From Dictyostelium discoideum (lineage: Eukaryota): a DNA stretch of 64,000 bases. This document shows, piece after piece, positions 55,994 to 64,000 of this stretch. Made by a program: the position numbers and the translations under genes. Every line of letters starts with the position of its first letter. Within the stretch, counting starts at the first letter, position 1. The stretch covers positions 2,976,001 to 3,040,000 of the forward strand of contig CM000152.2 of NCBI GenBank assembly GCA_000004695.1, given 5' to 3'. The notes below the pieces were generated by a model, which saw only the letters and a program-made list of their open reading frames with translations, was not told where the DNA came from and made no database searches.

Positions 55994-58836
55994 CTATTCA
56001 TTTAAAATTGAAGTTATATAAGAAAGGTCAGATAGTTGCCAATTATTATCCCAAAATCCAAGAGCATTAGCACCCGATACACCTTGATAACCAAAATTTG
56101 GACCTAATATCATGAAATCTGGCATTGGGAAAGATGATTTAGTTGGGAAATTGAAAAGACTATTTTGGAAACCAATAGTATCAGTACCCTCAATAACTGT
56201 AAGCATACAACCTTGTCTAGCTTGAGTATAACGTTCTTTTGGTGTAATTTTCATAATGGCCTCTGGTGAATAACATGATGATAAAAACAATAAACCAACA
56301 GAAGGACCTGAAAACATATTTGAATCATCATTTAAAGAGAATGACATATTATCACTTGAACCATGGAAACCAATTGGTGATGGTAAAACTGATTGAATTG
56401 AGTAAACTGCTTTATTTGTTTGTGGGCCTCCCATAAATATTACATTATAAGTTGTGAATAAGTCATTTGTGAATTGAGTATCCTCTAAAACATTTATTGA
56501 ATATCTCATTTGATACATTAAAACATTTGATAAATAAACTGCAGATTGTTGACGTTGATTGGTTTGTTGTTCACTTCCAATTGTACCATAAACAATTAAA
56601 ATTGGATAATCTAATATTTGTACCATTGGACCAGAATTTAATGGTGATCTTTCACTCCACATCCAATCATTACCATCATTACAAATTGACCAAACTACAC
56701 TTGAACCACTCTTTTTATTATTTTTAACCTTTGTACCATCGGTACAATAATGTGATGGTAGTTGAATATAATTAAATTTTTGACCATCGATAATGACTTG
56801 ATTTGGTTTCTCATTGAATGAATTGAAACCAAATCTTTTTACATTCTCTGTTTGTAGTGACCAAATACCACTTGATAAAGAGTTTGTTTTATCAACACGA
56901 ATTTTTGAAGCTTTGAAATTATTAATGGCTTGTTGAATTGAAACACCACCTTTGCCTTGGAAAGAGCCAGGATTTAAACAATTGATTAAAAATCTGTCCG
57001 GTAATAATGGTATACCAGAGATTGCATATTTGCTAAGGAATGCTTGCATGATTGCATCATCAACCACACCATTGAACCAATGATTTTCTCCTGGGATTTC
57101 ACTAATTAACCCAATACTTGTATTATGTGTTAACTGATCATATAGACGTAGCATACGTCTAAGATGATAGGGTGGCACATTATCATCATCTGAACCCATA
57201 CGAACTATCATTGGTATATTGATTAAATGTGGTGAGTGGAAATCTGCATCATTTTGACTAACTACTGAATCTAGAATAAATCTTATCATTGGATTACTCC
57301 AAGAATAACCAACTCTAAGGAAATTTGGTGAATATAATTTCATATCAATCCAACCTGCTGCAATTGATAATGATACCACTCTATCTGGTGAAATTGCTGT
57401 TGCGAAATGTTCACTACCATGTCCACCCATACTATGACCTAGTACTTGAAGTTGATATGGATCACATTGATATTTGGTTTTCAAATTGTTTGGCACACCA
57501 GGTAATGAATTACATAAATAATCCAATGCCATCAATCCATTCTTTATACCACCCTCTTCCCAATCGAATCCATAATTGGCTCTATTTGTTGGTAATAATA
57601 TCCATGTATAATTTTGAACTTGAAATGCGCCTGTCCACGCCGATGATTTTGCATCAACACCTGCACCATGTAATGCAAATAAAACTGGTGTTGGTGATAT
57701 ACCTCCTTCTATATCATTTGGTGGTATTGCATCAGCATATTGAATTGATAAATCAAAATCTTGAAATGTAAATGTAAATGGTTCACCAAATGATTTACAT
57801 GTAAAATTTAATGTTATTAATTCACCTTTTGATTGTGGGGATTGAGGATAAACCATCATACTAAATGCATAGGTTGTACCTGAAGGACAATTAATAAGAC
57901 CACTACCATTACTAGTTTTAACAATGAAATTGACAGGAATTAATTGACCAGGACCAATGTAATTAATTTCTTGAGGTAATGGTGATTCAATTAATGAAAC
58001 TTGAAACTCATCAGTTAATGGCTCTAATGATATCATGCCACTGATTGGTTGATTCAATATATTCAAAACTGAAATTGAGATAAAAGGTGATGAAAATTCA
58101 TTATCAACTATATCTGGTACAATCGTATTTTCATAGACTATGAAAATTGATTGCTCCTCTTTGGTTGTTATGATTTCACATTGATAACTTGCTGCCTCTG
58201 ATCCAATGATTCTAACTTTTAATTGATGTGTACCACTTGATAATTGAATTGAATTAAATTGTAATCCCAATCCATATGAATCACCTTGCATCACTGTTGA
58301 ATCTATCCAAAACTTTGCAATACCTGAACATGTAACTAAAATGGTTTCACTAGTATTCAATGAAAATGTTGAAATTCCCCAACCACTAAAATATGTGCCA
58401 CTTGATCCTGCCCAATTATTTATTAAATCCCAATTTACATTATTTGAAAAATTTAAATTAACCATACCATCAACATTTGTTGTATAATGATTCCATCCAA
58501 CTCTAAATTTTTATTTATATATAATAAATATAATAAACAAATAAATAAAACAAATAAAAAAAATAAAAAAAATTAATACATTATATATGTTTTTATATTA
58601 ATTTAAAAAAACACATACCTTGCTCCATTAACTAATTCACTAATATATGTTGAATTATCACCTATTGGTATATTATCAATTCCACCATAACAATTTAATA
58701 CATCAACATCTTCTCTTGGTGCACTTGGAAATGGTGCTAATATATCCCATTCTGTTAAATAATAATTTTCACAATTAACTAGGTTTTGGGATATTAAAAT
58801 AATAAATAATGAAAGTAAATATAATAACAATTTCAT
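55994..58836 (-). CDS. Secreted ~908-aa protein with alpha/beta-hydrolase nucleophile-elbow (GHSMGG); putative serine esterase/peptidase
   Basis: complement(join(55994..58502,58619..58836)). Exon 1 is the signal peptide MKLLLYLLSLFIILISQNLVNC...ELVNGA(AG) followed by GTATGT. The acceptor is AATTTAG, and exon 2 begins RVGWNHYTTNVDG. The motifs VLGHSMGGHG and FALHGAGVDA sit in the middle, between large N- and C-terminal beta-rich regions. Confidence 0.6.
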
Positions 58837-59183
58837 TATTTATTTGTAACTATAAAAAAATTAAAAAAAATAAAAAATAAAAAAATTATTGAAAAAGTCA
58901 TTTTTTGTGGTTTGATCTACAATTTAATAACCCCAACACAACTAAAAAAAAAAAAAAAAAATTTATTTTTTATTTTTTATTAATTTCCCAACTTTTTTTT
59001 TTTTAACCCAATATCGGGGTGACAAATAACATTCCCAATATTAAAAAAAAAGGTAATTACTTTTTTTTTTTTTTTTTTATTTCTTATTTATTATCTATTT
59101 TTTTTTTTTAATTTGATAAAAACATTCAAATCTGGTATTAAAAAAAAAAAATAATAATAAAACAATTATTTATTATTTTTTTA

Positions 59184-59458
59184 TCATTGTTTATTTAATA
59201 ATATTCTTTTAGATTGTTCAAAAAATGTAAAAGATAAAGCAGCAGCCAAACCTGCTTTCACAATTCCAGGTGTACCACCTTTAAAGAAAGCTTTTACACC
59301 TCCTTCATTAAAATATAAATCTCTAAAACATGATTTCATTCCATATCCAACTTTTTCATTCACTTGTAATCTCTTTTTAACTACATCAAATGGTAATACT
59401 AAAAACTATAATTAATAATTAATAATTAATAATTAATAAATATATTAGTATTTGATTA

Positions 59459-59499
<41 letters not shown>

Positions 59500-60248
59500 T
59501 TTGAAATTGCACCAGAAAGTAAACCACAAGTAAATTGATTTAAAGGATTATTATTATTATTATTTACAGAAGAAGTATATTTATTTGAAATGAATTTAAA
59601 AGTTTCATAAAATGTGAATTGAAAACCCATTTGTGGTACAATTTGGAAAAGTGATGAATTTATACCACTGAATAAATTTGAATAACCACCATTACGTGCA
59701 ATGATTGTTTTAAAAGTTTGTTTGAAATTAGTTTTGTTATGATTATTTACAATATTGGTACGAATGATATCGAATGGATATGAAACGATAGTTGATAGTA
59801 TACCAGCACTTGCGCCACCAATCATTGTAATACTAGAAGATGGTTTATAATTTGGTTTATCTTTATCAGTTCTTTGTTGATGTTTACGATATTCCGGGTC
59901 GAGAATTCCAATAATTTCATTATATGTTGAGAATTGAATTGCTGCATAGGTCACCCACAATAACTCTGCACTAAAATTACCTTTCCATAATGATCTAATA
60001 CCCTCCTCCCTTATAACCTTACTCATTGTATTAATTATACCTCTATAATTCACATTTTCTTTACCAATAATTTTATTATTATTATTACTATTATTATTTA
60101 ATTGCGTACGTTGTAATTGAAGTCTAATCTTTACAACATCCAATGGTGCAACTATAAATCTTGTAAGTGCTCCTGAAAATGATCCTGCTGCCAATTCAAC
60201 GAAAACATTTGTTTTTTTATCTTCATCATTTGATGTAGTAATTATCAT
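59184..60248 (-). CDS. Mitochondrial substrate carrier family protein
   Basis: complement(join(59184..59405,59499..60248)). It has three Mitocarrier repeats with [14 protein letters not shown], and [10 protein letters not shown]. The donor is AAG|GTAAAA. The 93-nt intron ends AATAG, and the last exon is [14 protein letters not shown]...ILLNKQ*. Confidence 0.75.
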
Positions 60249-60715
60249 TTAATTAAATTATTATTTTTATTAATTATTATTATTTTTTGTGTTTATTTTT
60301 TTTTTTTTTTTTTTTGTTTGAAGAAAAAAAAATAAAATAAAAAAATAAAAAAAAAAATAAAAAAATTAAAAAAAGATTATTGATGATCGAAATGACAATA
60401 TGAGAGTGAAAATGGGTGTTCACACTCCCCAGAGTATTTTTTTATATTTTTAATTTTATAATTTTTTTTTTTTTTTATTTTTTTTTTTTTTTTTTTTTTT
60501 TAATTAAATTTAACAATTATTAATCAAAAATACATTTTTTTTTTTTTTAATATTGATTAATTTAATTTAATTTTAATTTTAATATTTTTTTTTTTATTTT
60601 TAAATTTTTCCAAAAAAACCGAACGACGATTTTTTTTTTTATTTTTTTTTTTTTTTATTTTTTTATTTCCCCAACATAATTACAAATATTAAAATAAAAA
60701 TAAAAATAAAAAAAG

Positions 60716-60951
60716 ATGGAAGGATTAGAAAAAGAAGTTATTGAATTTTTAAAAAAACATGATAAAGATTTTGAATACCAAGAATCAATAAAAAGAATAA
60801 AATGTACAGTAACCAACCATGAAATGTTACCAAGAATAGATATTTTAAAAATTCATTTAGAATCAAAGAAATTTAAAAATGAAAAATCAAAACAATTTGA
60901 TTTTAAAATTTATGAAGAAAAACAAATATATCAATCTAAAAAACCGTATGT

Positions 60952-60989
<38 letters not shown>

Positions 60990-62045
60990 TTTTAATTTTA
61001 ATATTAATATTAATTTATTATTTTTATTATTTTTTTTTTTTTATAAATAATAAATTAAAGAAATAAATTATTTTGTTCAATAACACAAACAGAATTAAAT
61101 AAAGATAGGGATGAAATTGAAAAACACATAAATGGTAGAAAATTTAAATTGGCATTAGAGAAAAAAGATGTAAATAAAAGTAGAAAGAAGAAGAAACAAC
61201 CAGATTATCTTGTTGATGATAATGATGAAAATGATGAAAATGATGAAAATGATGAAAATGATGAAAATGATGAAAATGATTTTATCCCAAATGAAGATGA
61301 AAATGCTGATGAGCAAGATAATGAAAATGAAGATGAAGGTGAAGACGATGATGAAGATGAAGCTAATTTAGATGAAGATGAAAGAGACTTTAGAAAAATT
61401 AGATTTATTGATGAAACTATTAGTACTGATGAAGAACTTTTAGATGATGATGATAATGATGATGATGGTGATGACAACGATGATGATCAAGAAGGTGGTG
61501 ATGATGATTTCGATTTCGAAGGTGAAGGTGAATTTGATGAGGAAGATGATGATCTCATGGAAGATGATGATGATGATGATGATTTTGAAGGTTTTGATCA
61601 TGAAGTTGATGGTATTAGTAGTGATGATGAAGTTAATCAAGAGGAGGAAAAGGAAGAGGAAAAGGAAGAAAAAGTTAAACCAAACCAAAAACAACCAAAA
61701 AATGTTGAAAATCAAAAAAAAGTTGAAACTCAAAAACAAACAAAAGTTGATCAACCAAAACAAACTAAAGTTGATCAACCAAAACAAACAAAAGCTGAAC
61801 AACCAAAACAAACAAAAGTTGAACAACCAAAACAAAATAAAGTTGATCAACCAAAACAAATTAAAAAAGTTGATCAACCAAAAAAAGTTGAACAACCAAA
61901 AAAAGTTGAGCAACCAAAAAAAGTTGAACAACCAAATAAAGAGGAAAAAACAATCAAACAAAAATCTGTTGAGCCAGCCCAAAAAACCCAAAAAAGAAAA
62001 CTTGAAGATATCCAAAATAATCCAAATAAAAAAAATAAAAAATAA
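60716..62045 (+). CDS. Surfeit locus protein 2 (SURF2)-like protein with acidic (DEN)n and basic (KQTKVDQP)n repeat tail
   Basis: join(60716..60945,61109..62045). The N-terminal ...YQESIKRIKCTVTNHEMLPRIDILKIHLESKKFKN matches the conserved SURF2 N-terminal motif. The donor is CC|GTATGT within a (TA)n run and the acceptor is AAAGATAG. Exon 2 has D/E blocks and 8-aa basic repeats. Confidence 0.55.
61726..61935 (+). repeat. 24-nt tandem repeat (caaacaaaagttgatcaaccaaaa-like) encoding (KQTKVDQP)n
   Basis: About 8-9 imperfect copies are visible in the SURF2-like exon 2. Confidence 0.8.
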
Positions 62046-62933
62046 TAAAAAACTAAAATAGAAAAATATATATATATTTTTTATACTATTTTTTATTTAT
62101 AAAATAAAAAAATGAATGTAATCATTCTATTTATTTTTTTATTTTTTTTTTTTATCAGTTGATATTGACTTAAGTCAATATTTTATTATTATTTTTTTTT
62201 TTTTTTTTGATCAAAATTAAAGCGATGCTGATTTTTTTGATTTTTTTAATTTTTTTTGTTAATATTTTATTATTATTGTTTTTTTTGATCAAAATTAAAG
62301 CATGTTGATTTTTTTTTATTTTTTTAATTTTTTTTTTTTTTATTTTTTTTTTTAATTTTTTTTTTATTTTTTATTTTTTTTATTTTTTATTTTTTTTTAT
62401 TTTTATTTTTTTTTTTTCAAAACCCAGTTTTTGTTTATTTATTTATTCATTTCATCCCACAAAAAAAAAAAAAGCCCCAAACTTAAACACACTTTTTTTT
62501 TTTGAAATAAAAAAAAAAAGAAAATAAAAAAAAAAAAAATAAAAAGAACACTGTTTTTTTTTTTTTTTTTTTTTATACCACTTTACTAAAATTAATCTAA
62601 TAATCATATTTATTTATAAAAACATAAACTCAAATAAACACTTATTACAATAACATTAACATTATTTATTCACCCACTTTGAAATTTTTTTTTTTTTATT
62701 CCCAAAAATAAAAAATTCAAAAACATTTGTATATATCAAAAAAAAAAAAAAAAAAAAAAATTCTATTAAAAATATTCAATGAATAAGAATTAACCAAAAA
62801 AAAAAAAATAATAAAAAAAAAAAAAAAAAATAAAAACAAAATAAAAAAAAAAAACAAATTCATTGTTATCAAAAAAAAAAAAAAAAAGAAGGAAAGAAGA
62901 ATATTTCTAAGAGAGAGAGAGAGAGAGAAGAAA

Positions 62934-62970
<37 letters not shown>

Positions 62971-62984
62971 ATAAATTAAAAATA

Positions 62985-63872
62985 ATGTCATCATTTCAAA
63001 ATAGTAGTAGTATTAATAGTTATAATAGTAATAAAAATGAAAGAACGATATTATCAAATTCAATGTCATCATCGACATTATCAATAAATTCACAAACATC
63101 AGATTCAAACTTATCATTATCATCAATTAAATCATCATCATCATTTTCACTTTCAGCACCATTATTACCATCATTGTCAATGATATCCTCATCTCCATCC
63201 TCTTCAGCATCGTCAACGTCATCATCAACATCGACATCATCATTTATTGGATCGCCAAAAACGTCAAGTTCAGCATCATCATTATCATTGAAATCAAGTA
63301 TCAATGGTATCTCATCAGGAGTTGACAAGATATCATTATATTCAAAGGACACACAATGCACATTATCGTGTGATATCGATAGGGAGAGGGAGATTAGAGA
63401 GGCAGAGTTATTGTTTGACTCATTGCCAGAGTTGGTATACTATGTCACAAAGATTAATCAATGGGGTAAGCATCAAAAGCGTACACTCAGATTAACAAGC
63501 AAAGGCATAGAGAATATTCGTGGTGATTTCGTGTCAAGTCTATATTCTTACTCTGCCATTAAATCCATCTACAATAAAGACTCTGAGACATTTGTTCTCG
63601 AATATCATGGTGCATCCCATAGTTATGTATATAAATCATCAGTAGGTTATCAAATCGTTCAAGAGATCTCTTCAAGATTAAAACTACGTAGAACAACCGA
63701 TAAAAAGAAACACAGTTTCGATATAGCATTAGATTATCAAAAGAAATTAAAAGCAAAAAATAGACAATCTGAAAAGGTTTTATTAAATTTTGAACAACAA
63801 CAACAACTTTCTCAAACTATTATAGATTCAAATAAACATTTATCACCAGATTTAAATGAAAATTTAATTAAA

Positions 63873-63942
<70 letters not shown>

Positions 63943-64000
63943 GTGGTAGTGTTAATGTTGGTGGTAGTATTAATGTTAGTGTTGGTCGTACAAATATGAT
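62985..64000 (+). CDS. Ser-rich protein with PH-like globular region; partial, runs off the window end
   Basis: ATG at 62985 in an aaaATGtca context. The frame is open to the window end (not in the ORF track because it is unterminated). The non-repetitive segment is LYSKDTQCTLSCD...VYYVTKINQWGKHQKRTLRLTSKGIENIRGDF...FVLEYHGASHSYVYKSS. The minus-strand ORF 63020..63361 is its acidic antisense shadow. Confidence 0.5.

Overview
This is AT-rich eukaryotic nuclear DNA with the signature of Dictyostelium discoideum or a very close dictyostelid. It has roughly 75-80% A+T and long poly(A)/poly(T) spacers. It carries (AAT)n and (CAA)n microsatellites that encode poly-Asn and poly-Gln runs. Introns are short (65-165 nt), AT-rich, start GTAAGT/GTATGT and end (T)nAG. 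No prokaryotic features such as CRISPR arrays, operons or RBS are present or expected. The window is gene-dense: I reconstruct about 25 protein-coding genes by joining the supplied ORFs across splice sites. Confidently recognised products: ZMAT2/SNU23-type U4/U6.U5 tri-snRNP zinc-finger protein; SAM-dependent methyltransferase; leishmanolysin-like M8 metalloprotease; methionine aminopeptidase 1; a predicted pseudokinase with armadillo repeats; a 3xPAS serine/threonine kinase with a huge polyQ/polyN tail; SNIP1-like FHA protein; MAT2B/RmlD-like reductase; F-box protein; Rab escort protein (REP/GDI family); glycerol kinase; bifunctional UMP synthase (pyr5-6); mannosyl-oligosaccharide glucosidase I (GH63); DDX47/Rrp3 DEAD-box helicase; mitochondrial carrier; SURF2-like protein. 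The most striking content is a tandem, same-strand cluster at 42.9-55.5 kb. It holds two intact genes and one decaying pseudogene for large (about 1,310-1,340 aa) type-I membrane glycoproteins. These are built from about 100-aa repeat modules, each on its own symmetric phase-1 exon, followed by an EGF-like Cys-rich module and a single TM anchor. Their 3' halves are about 80% identical while their 5' modules are only about 30% identical. A secreted alpha/beta-hydrolase gene lies immediately upstream. Other oddities: an unusually long (about 3.9 kb) gene-free spacer containing CA/GT- and C-rich boxes and a 41-nt duplicated fragment of a neighbouring exon; a pair of about 270-bp direct repeats in a divergent promoter; and a 22-bp perfect duplication straddling the glycerol kinase stop codon. 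Splice-junction coordinates were derived by hand from codon counting against the supplied ORF track and may be off by 1-3 nt.
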